Below, one piece after another: positions 1 to 11,166 of a DNA stretch of 64,000 nucleotides (position 1 is the stretch's first letter; every line of letters starts with the position of its first letter). The DNA is from an uncultured Arcobacter sp. GTDB lineage: Bacteria > Campylobacterota > Campylobacteria > Campylobacterales > Arcobacteraceae. A model generated the notes under the pieces. It saw only the letters and a program-made list of their open reading frames with translations, ran no database searches and was not told the DNA's origin. Where the stretch lies: positions 416,001 through 480,000 of the forward strand of contig OZ223300.1 of assembly GCA_965140705.1 (NCBI GenBank), written 5' to 3'. The translations under genes and the position numbers were made by a program.

Positions 1-572
1 ATAGTTATTTAGGTTTTTTTGAATTTATTGAAAAAGAAAATATTGATTTAGTTTTTATGGATATTTTAATAAAGGGGTCATTAGATGGCACTCAAATAGC
101 CAAAAGACTAAGAGAAATAAACAAAACCATAAAAATTGTATTTATTACTTCATATAAAGATAGCCAAACCTTACAAATGGCAAAACTATCAAAACCCAAT
201 GGATATCTTATTAAGCCCGTATCAAAAGAGGATTTGGAAGCTATTTTGATGGTTTGTGAAACAAATACTGAACTAAAAGAAAATAATGATTATATAACAA
301 TAGCCACTTATAAATATCATATTATAAATAAAACAGTAGAAGAGAATAATGAGTTAATAAAACTTACAAAAAATGAATTAAAATGTTTTGAGTTATTACT
401 TCAAAATAAAAACACCTATATCTCTCCTGAAATCTTAATAAATCACTTATGGAATGTGGAGGCATCTATAAAATTTAATTCCCTAAGAGAACTTGTATAT
501 AGAATAAGAAAAAAATTACCAAACTTATATATTGAAAATAGTATAAATATAGGTTATATCCTAAAAGATTGA
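1..572 (+). CDS. Response regulator, receiver + OmpR-type winged helix (5' partial)
   Basis: Frame is open from position 3 (SYLGFFEFIEKENIDLVFMDI), so the gene starts before the window. Receiver motifs DLVFMDI, FITS, YLIKP; C-terminal LTKNE...VYRIRKKL...IGYIL. Confidence 0.88.
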   Translation, partial: SYLGFFEFIEKENIDLVFMDILIKGSLDGTQIAKRLREINKTIKIVFITSYKDSQTLQMAKLSKPNGYLIKPVSKEDLEAILMVCETNTELKENNDYITIATYKYHIINKTVEENNELIKLTKNELKCFELLLQNKNTYISPEILINHLWNVEASIKFNSLRELVYRIRKKLPNLYIENSINIGYILKD

Positions 573-660
573 TAAAAAATATTTTTTATACCATCTTAAT
601 TTTTATATTGTATAGGCATATTTCAAGGTTATGGTTTTTTTAACTCTATTTTAAAAAGAT

Positions 661-1020
661 TTATTTAATAAATTTCTTTTGTATCTCTTCTGTACTTAAT
701 TCTATATTCTCTTCATTTAAAAAGCCATAATAATAAGTATCATTTTTATCACTTATTTCGATTATTAAAATATTTTCATCAGAGTGATTTTTTACAAATT
801 TTTCTATTGCTTCTATTGCTGAGTCCTTCCAATATCTTTCTATCTCGTAATTATTTCCTGCATCAAAAAATAAACAATCTTCACACATTGAAAATAAATA
901 ATTTCCTGCACCTTCGTATATTTCAAAAGAGTTATTATCATTATCAAGTTTTTCATTTGTAAAAGGGCAATATAAACTAAATTTTTTGTTTTCATTTGAT
1001 TTTAATACTATTTTATTCAT
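661..1020 (-). CDS. Hypothetical protein (119 aa)
   Basis: ORF with AAGGA RBS just upstream; no family recognised. Confidence 0.7.
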   Translation of the reverse strand: MNKIVLKSNENKKFSLYCPFTNEKLDNDNNSFEIYEGAGNYLFSMCEDCLFFDAGNNYEIERYWKDSAIEAIEKFVKNHSDENILIIEISDKNDTYYYGFLNEENIELSTEEIQKKFIK

Positions 1021-1273
1021 ACAATATCCTTTATATTTAATTTTTGAATTATACTATTTGATTCTTTTATTAATCTCAAATGAGATTGTTTATTAATTAT
1101 ACAGAGAATAATAACAGAAAATAAAAGAAATTTTGAAATTTACTGTATAGCCCTTATCGTGGGTATTAACTAAACAAATAATTTTCTTAAATGAACACTG
1201 CCTTATTGTAGCTTAACCTTGTTTTTGTTAGTTTGTTAGGGTAGGTGACAATTATTTTTAAAAGGAGCTAGTT

Positions 1274-2479
1274 ATTAGTTTAGAAAAAAAGAAAAAACTC
1301 ACGATAAAAAATGTATATAAGGTTTTTGGAGAGAAACCGAAAAAAGCTCTAGAAATGCTCAAAAATGGTCTTTCAAAAGAAGAGATTTTTGAAAAAACAA
1401 ATATGACTATTGGTGTTCAAAATGCAAGTTTTGAAATCAATGAAGGTGAAATATTTGTAATCATGGGACTATCAGGTTCTGGAAAATCAACACTAGTAAG
1501 ACTGCTAAATAGATTAATAGAGCCAACTTCTGGCCAAATATTTATTGACGAAACCGATATTACAAATTTAAATGACAAAGAGTTGATTGATATTAGAAGA
1601 AGAAAAATATCAATGGTATTTCAATCTTTTGCACTAATGCCACATATGAACATTATAGATAATGCATCATTTGGCTTAGAACTAAGTGGAATTAGTAAAG
1701 AAGATAGATATAAAAAAGCACAAGCTGCACTAGATCAAGTTGGATTATCACATCATGCTTTATCTTATCCAGATGAGTTAAGTGGTGGTATGCAACAAAG
1801 AGTAGGATTGGCAAGAGCTTTAGCAAATGATCCAGATATTATGCTTATGGATGAAGCTTTTTCAGCCCTTGATCCTCTTATAAGAACTGAAATGCAAGAT
1901 GAACTTTTGACCCTACAAAGTGAACATCAAAGAACTATTGTATTTATTTCTCATGATTTAGATGAAGCTATTAGAATTGGTGATAGAATTGCAATTATGC
2001 AAAATGGTGAGATATCTCAAGTGGGAACTCCTGAAGAGATTATCAATAACCCTGCAAACGATTATGTAAAATCATTTTTTAAAGGCGTTGATGTGACAAC
2101 AGTTTTAACTGCATCACATATTGCTAAAAAAAGTTATCCTACAATTATAAAAAAAGATGGTTTTGGAATTAATTCGGCAATTCAATATATTAATGATTAT
2201 GATTTCGATTTTGCATATTATCTTACAAAAGATAATAAGTATTTAGGAGTTCTTACCCTTGAAGCTTTAAAAGAACAGAAAAAAATAAATGGAAATCTTG
2301 AAGACTCTTTACTAAAACAAGAGGTTGTAAATGAAAATGATTCTATTGCTGATTTTATAAATATTATCGCAGAATCATTTTTCCCTATTGCAGTTGTAGC
2401 TGATAATGGGAAATATAAAGGGGTAATTTCAAAACGAACTCTATTAAAAACAATTGATGAAGGAGCTATAAATGGCTAG
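1274..2479 (+). CDS. proV: Glycine betaine/proline ABC transporter ATPase with C-terminal CBS-like region
   Basis: [30 protein letters not shown]. Start moved from ATG 1355 to ATT 1274 because the conserved [11 protein letters not shown] lies upstream and AAGGAG is at 1262-1267; start position is inferred. Confidence 0.92.
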   Translation: MSLEKKKKLTIKNVYKVFGEKPKKALEMLKNGLSKEEIFEKTNMTIGVQNASFEINEGEIFVIMGLSGSGKSTLVRLLNRLIEPTSGQIFIDETDITNLNDKELIDIRRRKISMVFQSFALMPHMNIIDNASFGLELSGISKEDRYKKAQAALDQVGLSHHALSYPDELSGGMQQRVGLARALANDPDIMLMDEAFSALDPLIRTEMQDELLTLQSEHQRTIVFISHDLDEAIRIGDRIAIMQNGEISQVGTPEEIINNPANDYVKSFFKGVDVTTVLTASHIAKKSYPTIIKKDGFGINSAIQYINDYDFDFAYYLTKDNKYLGVLTLEALKEQKKINGNLEDSLLKQEVVNENDSIADFINIIAESFFPIAVVADNGKYKGVISKRTLLKTIDEGAING

Positions 2480-3497
2480 TGATCCATGGGGAAATGCTTC
2501 GACGGCACAAGCAGATAAAGCATCAAGTGTTGATTGGTCACATGTTGCACCAAATACAACTGCAACACCATCTTTTGACATAAAAAATCCTTTTGACCAT
2601 AGTATTATTCCCTTTGATTCTTGGGTAAATGGTGGAATTAATTGGATAGTAGAAAACTTTAGGGATTTCTTTATATCTGCAAAAGCACCCGTTGATGTGA
2701 TTTTAAGATTTATTGAAACTTTTTTACAATCCCTTTCACCTTATGTGGTAATTGGATTTTTTGTTTTACTTGCTTTACAAGTATCTAGTAAGAAGATGGC
2801 TTTTGGAACCTTTGTTTCACTTGCATTTATTGGATTTATTGGTGCTTGGGATGCTAGTATGACTACTTTAGCATTGGTTATTACTTCTGTGCTCTTTTCC
2901 GTTTTAATTGGTTTACCACTTGGAATTTGGAGTGCAAAAAGTGATATGGTAGAGAAAATATTAAGACCTATTTTAGATGGTATGCAAACAACACCTGCCT
3001 TTGTATATTTAATACCTATTGTTATGTTATTTGGAATAGGGAATGTTCCAGGTGTAATAGTAACTATTATTTTTGCCTTACCTCCATTAATAAGACTTAC
3101 AAATTTAGGTATTAGACAAGTACCTGCTGACTTGATTGAAGCATCTAGATCATTTGGGGCGAGTTCATCTCAAATGCTTTTTAAAGTACAACTTCCAGTT
3201 GCTATGCCTACAATTATGGCAGGGATAAATCAAACATTAATGCTTTCATTATCTATGGTTGTAATCGCTTCAATGATTGCAGTTGGAGGATTAGGTCAAA
3301 TGGTTCTAAGAGGTATAGGAAGACTTGATATTGGTCTTGCAGCTGTTGGTGGTATAGGAATTGTTATCCTAGCAGTAATACTAGATAGAATAACTCAAGA
3401 GATGGGCAAAAAAGATAAAAAGAAAAAAAATAAATGGTATGAACAAGGTCCAGTTGGGTTAGTTTATAATTTAATAAAAAAGGAGAAAAAAATATGA
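2472..3497 (+). CDS. proW: Glycine betaine/proline ABC transporter permease
   Basis: [18 protein letters not shown] loop [11 protein letters not shown], multiple TM segments; overlaps proV end. Confidence 0.95.
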   Translation: MASDPWGNASTAQADKASSVDWSHVAPNTTATPSFDIKNPFDHSIIPFDSWVNGGINWIVENFRDFFISAKAPVDVILRFIETFLQSLSPYVVIGFFVLLALQVSSKKMAFGTFVSLAFIGFIGAWDASMTTLALVITSVLFSVLIGLPLGIWSAKSDMVEKILRPILDGMQTTPAFVYLIPIVMLFGIGNVPGVIVTIIFALPPLIRLTNLGIRQVPADLIEASRSFGASSSQMLFKVQLPVAMPTIMAGINQTLMLSLSMVVIASMIAVGGLGQMVLRGIGRLDIGLAAVGGIGIVILAVILDRITQEMGKKDKKKKNKWYEQGPVGLVYNLIKKEKKI

Positions 3498-4462
3498 AAA
3501 AAATATTAATAAGTTTAATAGCTATTTTTTTAACATCAAATTTATTTGGTGCCAAGGTTACATTTTTAAGAACAAGTATCGCAGAAGAGGGTTTTCAAAT
3601 GTATATCGCTGCTGATATAGTGAAAAGATTGGGTTATGATGTAGAAATAACAAATGATGTTAGTTATGAAGTTGCTTATCAAACAATAGCACAAAATGCA
3701 AAAAGCAAAGATGCTTATATTATGGCAGCAGCATGGATTCCTCTTCATAACTCAAAAATCAAAGGTGCTGGGGGAAGTAAAAAGATTGATATTATAGGTT
3801 CATATATTAAAAATTGTGCACAAGGTTATTTAATAGATAAAAAAACAGCAGAAAAATATAATATTAAATATATCAATGATTTAAAAGATCCCAAAATCGC
3901 TAAACTATTTGATTCAAATGGTGATGGAAAAGCTGACTTAGCAGGTTGTGATGCTGGTTGGGGTTGTGAAAAAGTAATTGAGTATCAATTAGACGCTTAT
4001 GGATTAAGAGATACAGTTGAACATAATCAAGGACAATATTCATCAATTATTACTGATACAATTGCAAGATATAAAAGTGGAAAACCAATTTTATATTATA
4101 CTTGGACTCCATATTGGGTAAGTGGGAAATTAGTTCCTGGTAAAGATACTGTATTTTTACAAGTAACTCATTCGGCTCATCCTGTAACAAAATCTACAAA
4201 ACTTCCAAATGGGGCTGATTATGGATTTAATGTAAATACTCAAGATTTTGCAGTAAATGCTTCTTTACCTAAAAACTATAAAGATATTGCAAAGTTATTA
4301 GAAATAATGAGATTAGATGTAAATGATGTAAGTGGTGAAAATATGCTTATGGAACAAGGTCAAAATAAAGAAGCAGATATAAAAAGACATGCTCAAATGT
4401 GGCTTAAAAGTAATGCAGATAAAGTAAATAAATGGATTGCTGAAGCAAAAGAAGCTAAATAA
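3494..4462 (+). CDS. proX: Glycine betaine-binding periplasmic protein
   Basis: Signal peptide; [21 protein letters not shown] and [10 protein letters not shown] motifs; third gene of operon. Confidence 0.93.
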   Translation: MKKILISLIAIFLTSNLFGAKVTFLRTSIAEEGFQMYIAADIVKRLGYDVEITNDVSYEVAYQTIAQNAKSKDAYIMAAAWIPLHNSKIKGAGGSKKIDIIGSYIKNCAQGYLIDKKTAEKYNIKYINDLKDPKIAKLFDSNGDGKADLAGCDAGWGCEKVIEYQLDAYGLRDTVEHNQGQYSSIITDTIARYKSGKPILYYTWTPYWVSGKLVPGKDTVFLQVTHSAHPVTKSTKLPNGADYGFNVNTQDFAVNASLPKNYKDIAKLLEIMRLDVNDVSGENMLMEQGQNKEADIKRHAQMWLKSNADKVNKWIAEAKEAK

Positions 4463-4474
4463 TAAATGATTAAT

Positions 4475-4505
4475 TAATTCCTACAAATATAATTTGTAGG
4501 AATTA
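4475..4505 (+). terminator. Hairpin after proX
   Basis: Perfect inverted repeat TAATTCCTACAAAT-ata-ATTTGTAGGAATTA. Confidence 0.7.
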
Positions 4506-4572
4506 TATTTGTAATTAAGTTGTTATTTGGTTTGCTTGTAATACACTGAAAAATATATGAAAATATAGATAC

Positions 4573-4649
<77 letters not shown>

Positions 4650-4758
4650 ATTTTAAATTATTTTAATCAACAAATAATTCTACTATCGTATTTCTTAAAG
4701 GTCTTTTTAACTATAATAACATTTCAGAAAAATTATATTATTGATACAGGATATTACA

Positions 4759-5535
4759 TTGGAAAATGAAATTAATAAAGATATAGCTACTACTTTTCTA
4801 AAAGGACTTAGTGTTATTGAAGCATTTGATCATGAAAATCCTAGTATGACACTAACTGATGTTGCAAAAAAAGTTAATATTACTCGTTCAAGCGCAAGAA
4901 GATTTTTGCTATCCCTTGAATCTTTAGGTTATGCAACTCAAAATGATAAACTTTTTTCCCTTACTCCTAAAATTATAAATTTAGGATATAGCTATTTTGC
5001 TTCATTATCATGGACAGACTTAGCATATAAGTATGTAAAAATGGTTGTGAAAGAGTGTAAGCTATCTTGTGCGGTTTCTATTTTAGATGGTCCTCATATT
5101 ACTTGTATTATGAGAGTAAATTCTTCTAAAATTTTAAAAGGTGGTATTCATGTAGGAGGTAAGTTGCCTGCTCCATATACAGCAACTGGAAGATTGTTTA
5201 TGGCAGAGATGAATGATAAAGAGTTACGTGAGTATTTATCAAAAACTCCTTTAAAAAAATATACTTCCAAAACAATTTATGATCCTAATGAACTTTTTGA
5301 AAAAATTAAATCAGAAAGAAATCAACCATATCAAGTAATAGAAGAGGAGTTGGAAGATGGTCTTTTAGCTATTGCTGCTCCAATTTATGACTCTCATCAC
5401 AAAATTCTTGGCTGTATGACTATTGGTACTTATATGAGTGAAGAAAATGCTAAATACTTAAAAGAGTATGTATTACCTATGTTAATTGATGCAGCAAATA
5501 ATGCTACAGAAGCAATAGTACTTTTAAAACACTAA
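4759..5535 (+). CDS. IclR-family regulator (PcaR/PobR-like)
   Basis: FLKGLSVIEAF...MTLTDVAKKVNITRSSARRFLLSLESLGY HTH; LPAPYTATGR; EELEDGLLAIAAPI. TTG 4759 follows AGGA RBS (ORF track start 4741). Confidence 0.92.
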   Translation: MENEINKDIATTFLKGLSVIEAFDHENPSMTLTDVAKKVNITRSSARRFLLSLESLGYATQNDKLFSLTPKIINLGYSYFASLSWTDLAYKYVKMVVKECKLSCAVSILDGPHITCIMRVNSSKILKGGIHVGGKLPAPYTATGRLFMAEMNDKELREYLSKTPLKKYTSKTIYDPNELFEKIKSERNQPYQVIEEELEDGLLAIAAPIYDSHHKILGCMTIGTYMSEENAKYLKEYVLPMLIDAANNATEAIVLLKH

Positions 5536-5694
5536 AATTCAATTTATAATCCTTTTAATACATTTTATTCTACTTTCTTTTGTAAATATTTTAATATATT
5601 TATAAAATCTATTTTTCTTGTTTTTTTAGATAAATTTATAAAGCACTATATTTAGGCTATTTTAGAGATTAAAATTTGTTTTTCTATTAAAAAT

Positions 5695-5751
5695 GTTCAT
5701 TTATCGAACTTTTACAAATTAAGCGAACTTTTATTTTGCCAATGATATAGT
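5695..5751 (+). promoter_or_regulatory. Putative IclR operator and extended -10 of the tct operon
   Basis: Palindrome GTTC-N7-GAAC (5695-5709), direct repeat CGAACTTTTA at 5705 and 5724, TGaTATAGT at 5743-5751. Confidence 0.65.
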
Positions 5752-5770
5752 TTCTTATCACAACAAAGGA

Positions 5771-6748
5771 GTGAAAATGAAAAAATTTGATTATCTATCA
5801 AAAGTGATAATGAGTGCAGTTGCTTTCTTGGCATTAACTGCAACTGTTGCTCTGGCAAAGTATCCAGATAGACCTATTACAATGATTATTGCTTATAGTG
5901 CTGGGGGCGGTACTGATATAGCGGCAAGAACACTTGCACCATATATTGAAAAATATATTGGAACATCAATCACTGTAATAAATAAAGCAGGAGCTGGTGG
6001 ACAAATTGGTTTTACAGAACTTGCTCATTCAAAACCAGATGGTTATACAATTGGATTTATTAATACACCAAATTTATTAACAATTCCAATTCAAAGAAAA
6101 ACAAGATATTCTTTAAAAGATTTAACACCAATTGCTAATGTTATATATGATCCAGGTGCTTTTTCTATGCTTGCAACTAGTAAGATTAAGACTTTAAAAG
6201 ATCTTATTGCCTTTGCAAAAAAGAATCCAGGTGCAGTTACATATGGGACTACTGGAATAGGTTCAGATGACCATTTAGCAGCTTTACAATTTGAAAGAGA
6301 AAATGGAATTGTAATGACTCATATTCCTTTTAAGGGTAATAATAAAGTAAGAGCTGCATTATTAGGTGGGCATATCATGATGGCAAGTATGAATATAAGC
6401 CAATCAATTGATGATTTTAAAGATGGGAAAATAACGATTTTTGGACAAATGTCAGAAAAAAGATGGCCAGGAGCACCACAAATTCCAACTTTCAAAGAAC
6501 AAGGTTTTAACATAATTATGGGTTCAGATAGAGGTATTGGTGCACCAGCAGGAGTGGATCCAAAAATTATTTCTATTATTTCTGATGCTGTTGCTAAAGC
6601 AGTAGCTGATCCAGAATTTCAAGAAAAAGCAAAAAAACAAAGTCTTCCATTAACATATATGAATGCTAAAGAGTTTAAAGATCATTTAGAAAAATTACAA
6701 AAAAACTTACAGCAAATTTGGGATAAGACTCCTTGGTCTAAAAAATAG
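5771..6748 (+). CDS. tctC: Tripartite tricarboxylate transporter substrate-binding protein (TctC/Bug)
   Basis: Signal peptide; YPDRPITMIIAYSAGGGTDIAAR, NKAGAGG, KPDGYT. Confidence 0.93.
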   Translation: MKMKKFDYLSKVIMSAVAFLALTATVALAKYPDRPITMIIAYSAGGGTDIAARTLAPYIEKYIGTSITVINKAGAGGQIGFTELAHSKPDGYTIGFINTPNLLTIPIQRKTRYSLKDLTPIANVIYDPGAFSMLATSKIKTLKDLIAFAKKNPGAVTYGTTGIGSDDHLAALQFERENGIVMTHIPFKGNNKVRAALLGGHIMMASMNISQSIDDFKDGKITIFGQMSEKRWPGAPQIPTFKEQGFNIIMGSDRGIGAPAGVDPKIISIISDAVAKAVADPEFQEKAKKQSLPLTYMNAKEFKDHLEKLQKNLQQIWDKTPWSKK

Positions 6749-6752
6749 TTTT

Positions 6753-6787
6753 TAATAAAAGAAGATAATAACTATCTTCTTTTATTA
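6753..6787 (+). terminator. Intra-operon stem-loop after tctC
   Basis: 15-bp perfect inverted repeat TAATAAAAGAAGATA/TATCTTCTTTTATTA. Confidence 0.65.
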
Positions 6788-6812
6788 TTTTAAATTTGGG
6801 TGGGGGAATAAA

Positions 6813-7286
6813 ATGATAAAGAAAATTTATTTAGAAATTATTTTATCAATAAGTTTGATAATAATATGTTTAATGGGACTAATTTTTGAGGTGAGTACTT
6901 ATAGTGGAACATCATCAATTATGCCATATGGAGTATTAACTATAGCGTGTGTACTTTCGTTTTTTTGGCTAATACAATCAATTTTAGGATTAAAAAAACC
7001 ACAATTATTAGTTGAAAATATATTTCAAGATAGTATTGAGGGTAAAAGATTTTTTATATTTTTTTGTATTACTTTGATATATGTAATTGGTATTACTTTA
7101 ATTGGATTTTTTACAGCAACTATTATTGCTATACCAATTATATCTATAAGTATGGAATATAGAAGTTTATTAGGAATTGCTACTACAACTATCTTATTTA
7201 CAGCAATTATATTTATTGTATTTAGTCTATTTTTAAAAGTTCCTCTTCCTCTTGAGATTTGGAATAAATTATTGGGGGCTTCATAA
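6813..7286 (+). CDS. tctB: Tripartite tricarboxylate transporter small membrane subunit
   Basis: Hydrophobic 157 aa ending FSLFLKVPLP, between tctC and tctA. Confidence 0.85.
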   Translation: MIKKIYLEIILSISLIIICLMGLIFEVSTYSGTSSIMPYGVLTIACVLSFFWLIQSILGLKKPQLLVENIFQDSIEGKRFFIFFCITLIYVIGITLIGFFTATIIAIPIISISMEYRSLLGIATTTILFTAIIFIVFSLFLKVPLPLEIWNKLLGAS

Positions 7287-8785
7287 TGGATATTTTAAAT
7301 CATATTATGGCAGCTATTCCATTGGTATTTACAGTAGAAGTTTTTATTGCAATGATTGTAGGTACAACTATTGGGATTGCAGTAGGAGCATTGCCAGGTC
7401 TTTCTGCAACAATGGGGATTGCAGTACTTATTCCTATTACATTTACAATGCATCCCTTGACAGCATTAGGAATGATTGCAGGTATTTATAATGGTGCCAT
7501 GTACGGTGGTTCTATTCCTGCAATTTTGTTAAGGATTCCAGGAACTCCAGCAGGTGTTGCAACTGTATTTGATGGTTACCCAATGGCTCAACAAGGAAGA
7601 GGACCTTTAGCTTTAAATATCTCATTAGCTTCTTCTTCAATAGGTAGTGGATTTAGTGCAATTGCTCTATTACTTTTAGCTCCACCATTAGCCTCAATTG
7701 CTATAAACTTTGGTCCAGCTGATTACTTTTGGTTGGCACTATTTGGGCTGACTACTATTTCTGTATTGATGAGTAACAATCCTGTTAAAGGTTTATTAAG
7801 TGCTTGTTTTGGATTAGTTGTGGGTATGGTAGGAATTGATTTTACAACTGGGGATCAAAGGTTTGTATTTGATACAACCGAATTATTAGGGGGTGTTAAT
7901 ATAATTATTATCCTAACAGGTCTTTATGCTATCCCTCCAGCTATAGAATTAGCAATAAAATCTAGTTCAGCAGATGCAACTGGTGGACTTAAAATGGAAC
8001 AAAAGAAAGAGCGTTTTCGTTGGCTTTCCTTAACAATGGTATGGTTAAAGTCTTCTGCAATTGGTATTGTAATTGGAATAATCCCAGCACTAGGTGGAAA
8101 TGTAGCTGCTTTATTAGCTTGGAATGAACAAAGACGATCAGATAAAGATAAATCAAAATATATGAATGGGGCACCAGAAGGTGTTGCAGCAGCTGAATGT
8201 GCAAATAACGCAGATACAGCTGCGACACTAATTCCTGCAATTACACTTGGAATTCCAGGAAATGCAGTTGCAGCAGTTATTCTTGGGGCTTTATTAGTTC
8301 ATGGCTTGCGTCCTGGTCCTGATTTATTTACAGAAAATGGTGATATTGTATATGGGTTTATGCTTACTATGTTTATAACGGCCATTTTAATGTTTATTAT
8401 AGGAAGAATTGGAGCAAAGGCTTATATTCATGTATTAAAAGTACCTTCAGCTTTATTGGCACCAATGATATTATCATTGACTTTAATTGGAGTGTATGCA
8501 GTACATAATAGTATGTTTGAAGTAGGATTAATGTTGTGTTTTGGATTAATTGGATTTATAATGGAAAAATTATCAATACCAACTGCACCTGCTGTACTTG
8601 CAGTAATTCTTGGACCAATGGCTGAAGAGTCATTAAGAAGAGCGATGTTAATATCAAGAGATTCAGTTGGGTATTTATTTCAAAGTTATATTTCATGGAT
8701 TATTATTACAATGATTGCCATTACCCTTATTACCCCAATATTTAAATATTTTAGAAATAGATCTAAAAAAACTATAAAAGAGTAA
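7286..8785 (+). CDS. tctA: Tripartite tricarboxylate transporter large membrane subunit
   Basis: GALPGLSATM, YGGSIPAILLRIPGTP, FDGYPMA, ECANNA, LGIPG. Confidence 0.95.
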   Translation: MDILNHIMAAIPLVFTVEVFIAMIVGTTIGIAVGALPGLSATMGIAVLIPITFTMHPLTALGMIAGIYNGAMYGGSIPAILLRIPGTPAGVATVFDGYPMAQQGRGPLALNISLASSSIGSGFSAIALLLLAPPLASIAINFGPADYFWLALFGLTTISVLMSNNPVKGLLSACFGLVVGMVGIDFTTGDQRFVFDTTELLGGVNIIIILTGLYAIPPAIELAIKSSSADATGGLKMEQKKERFRWLSLTMVWLKSSAIGIVIGIIPALGGNVAALLAWNEQRRSDKDKSKYMNGAPEGVAAAECANNADTAATLIPAITLGIPGNAVAAVILGALLVHGLRPGPDLFTENGDIVYGFMLTMFITAILMFIIGRIGAKAYIHVLKVPSALLAPMILSLTLIGVYAVHNSMFEVGLMLCFGLIGFIMEKLSIPTAPAVLAVILGPMAEESLRRAMLISRDSVGYLFQSYISWIIITMIAITLITPIFKYFRNRSKKTIKE

Positions 8786-8788
8786 TAG

Positions 8789-9424
8789 ATGAATAATGAC
8801 AAGTTAAAAAAACTAGAAAATATAGCAACAACCTTAATTAGTGATACTCGTTCGAGGATGACAGGAATTGTTGGCTTAAAAAGAATAGATAGTGGTTTTA
8901 GAACAGTAGGTCGTGCTTTTACTATAAAAACACGCCCTTCTGATAATCTTGCTATTTATGAAGCTCTTACAAAGGTAAAGCCAGGTGATTTTTTAATCGT
9001 AGAATCTGGAAATAATTGTACAAATGCACTTGTAGGAGAATTAATAACTTTACAATTAGAAAAATTAGGTGGTGTGGGAATTATCGTTGATGGAGCAATT
9101 AGAGATTATGAGAAACTACATGCTTCTACAACTTTGGCATGTTATGCTAGAGGAATATCACATAAAGGACCATTTAAAACTGGACCTGGTTTTTTAAATG
9201 TTCCAATAAGTATTTGTGGACAAATTGTAAATCCTGGAGATATTGTTGTAGCTGATGATGATGGAATTGTTACTTTTCCCGAAGAAGAGTTAGATGCAGT
9301 TTTATTAGCAGTTCAAGAGAGAATAAAAATTGAAGAAAAAGTTATGGATGAAATAAATATGACACCACATTCTATGACATGGATTCAAGATATTTTAAAT
9401 GTAGCAAAAAGCACTAGTAAATAA
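8789..9424 (+). CDS. RraA / HMG-aldolase-like family protein
   Basis: TTLISD, GRAFT, ALVGEL, IVDGAIRD, VNPGDIVVADDDG. Confidence 0.9.
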   Translation: MNNDKLKKLENIATTLISDTRSRMTGIVGLKRIDSGFRTVGRAFTIKTRPSDNLAIYEALTKVKPGDFLIVESGNNCTNALVGELITLQLEKLGGVGIIVDGAIRDYEKLHASTTLACYARGISHKGPFKTGPGFLNVPISICGQIVNPGDIVVADDDGIVTFPEEELDAVLLAVQERIKIEEKVMDEINMTPHSMTWIQDILNVAKSTSK

Positions 9425-9450
9425 AAGTTTAGATTTTAGGAGAAATAGTT

Positions 9451-10746
9451 ATGAATGATAGTTTGAAAAATGGAGAATTATTTGATAATAAATTATTAAA
9501 AAAAATAAGAAAAAAGTTTTTACATATAAATATTGATCCTAAATCAAAAGAACAAAGGCTTTTCTTTGATAATTCAGGAGGAGCATTTAGGTTAAAAGCT
9601 GCAAGTGAAGTATTTAAATATATTGATGAGTATCCAGATTGTCCAGAGCATGGGAATAAGAGTGCAAGATGGTTGATGAAGATACAAGAAAAAGGGTATA
9701 AGTCGATTAAGACAATGCTAAATTTTGATTCAGGAAGTATTCTTACTTCATATACTGCATCAACTGTTATGTTTAATATGATAAGAGCAGTAATTGAAAA
9801 TGTTCCAGGAAAAAATATTGTTACAACTGCCTTAGAACATCCTTCTTCTTATGATGCTGTAGTAAGTTATGCAAAGAAAAATAATAAAGAAGTAAGAGTT
9901 GCAAAAACAAACTCAAAAACAGGTGGAGTAGATGTTGCTGAGATAGTGAAACTTATTGATAAAGATACTTCTCTTTTAGTATTTATGTATGCTTCAAATA
10001 TATCAGGAGCCTTATTGGATGCTCAAAAAATAGTAAAAGAGTGTAGAAAAATAAAGCCAGACCTTTTTATTATAGCAGATGCTGTTCAACATGCCCCTCA
10101 TGGGATTATTGATATAAAAAAAGCACCTGTAGATGGTCTGAATTTTGCTCCTTATAAATTTTTTGGTCCAAGGGGTTTTGGAGTTGGATATGCTTCTAAA
10201 AGATTAGCAAAACTTTCACATGATAAATTAATAGCAAAGCCAGAAGATGTTTGGGAGTTAGGAAGTCCAGCTCCTTCTCATTTTGCAGCTTTAACTGAAG
10301 TAGTTAATTATGTTTGTTGGATAGGTAAACATTATCTAAAAAGTAAAAATAAAAGAGAACTTTTTGAAGAGGGAATGACTCGTATAAAACTACATGAAAG
10401 AGCATTAATGCATTTTATGTTAGAGGGTACTTCAAAAATAGAAGGATTGAGAAACCTTGATGGAGTAAAAGTATATTTAGATTGTGAAGATTTAAGAAAA
10501 AAAGATTTTATAATGGCAATAGGTTTTGATAAATTAGGCTTTAAAAAAGCAGTAAAAGAGTATGAAAAACAAGGTGTAATCACATTTGAAAGGGTTATTT
10601 CTAGTCCTTATTCTTCTCGTATGCTTGAATCTTTTGGTTTAAAAGGAAGTATTAGAGTCTCTCCTTTACATTGTCATAGTTTAAAAGATATAGAAAAATT
10701 TTTAAAAATTACAAAAAACTTTCCAAAACATAATAGAGGTACTTAA
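9451..10746 (+). CDS. Class V PLP-dependent enzyme (cysteine desulfurase-like fold)
   Basis: FFDNSGG, TALEHPS, DAVQHAPH, PLP lysine in FAPYKFFG, IRVSPLH. Confidence 0.85.
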   Translation: MNDSLKNGELFDNKLLKKIRKKFLHINIDPKSKEQRLFFDNSGGAFRLKAASEVFKYIDEYPDCPEHGNKSARWLMKIQEKGYKSIKTMLNFDSGSILTSYTASTVMFNMIRAVIENVPGKNIVTTALEHPSSYDAVVSYAKKNNKEVRVAKTNSKTGGVDVAEIVKLIDKDTSLLVFMYASNISGALLDAQKIVKECRKIKPDLFIIADAVQHAPHGIIDIKKAPVDGLNFAPYKFFGPRGFGVGYASKRLAKLSHDKLIAKPEDVWELGSPAPSHFAALTEVVNYVCWIGKHYLKSKNKRELFEEGMTRIKLHERALMHFMLEGTSKIEGLRNLDGVKVYLDCEDLRKKDFIMAIGFDKLGFKKAVKEYEKQGVITFERVISSPYSSRMLESFGLKGSIRVSPLHCHSLKDIEKFLKITKNFPKHNRGT

Positions 10747-11012
10747 TATCTAATTTCAAATTTGTTAGAAAATAAAGTGCCAATTGAAGTCTGTTTTATA
10801 TTGCTTATTTTACTGTATTCGCTACCACTTTTTAATATGGTAATAAATTCATTTAATCTATTCTCTTTGCAAGTTACAACGGCTTCAACATCTCCATTGG
10901 GTAAGTTTTTAATGTAACCACTAAAGTTAGCTCTATTGGCATTATTTGTTACGCTTTTCCTATAAAATACACCTTGTACTTTTCCACTTATTATAAATTT
11001 GTAACTTTTCAT
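10743..11012 (-). CDS. acyP: Acylphosphatase
   Basis: ISGKVQGVFYR, GYIKNLPNGDVE, C-terminal FEIRY. Confidence 0.95.
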   Translation of the reverse strand: MKSYKFIISGKVQGVFYRKSVTNNANRANFSGYIKNLPNGDVEAVVTCKENRLNEFITILKSGSEYSKISNIKQTSIGTLFSNKFEIRY

Positions 11013-11166
11013 TAATATTCACTTTAATCAAGAATTTTGTTTTTATAGTATAACCATATTCTTGATATTTTCTATTTAACTTATATTTACGAATTTATAT
11101 TTAAGTTTTATATTCATAAGTTTTATTTGAGTATAAAATTATAAAAAAATTAGGTAATATTAAGTT

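Noticed and set aside
11095..11130. TAAGTTTTA direct repeat upstream of the hybrid kinase
   Set aside because: Low complexity and 15-nt period; no further support.
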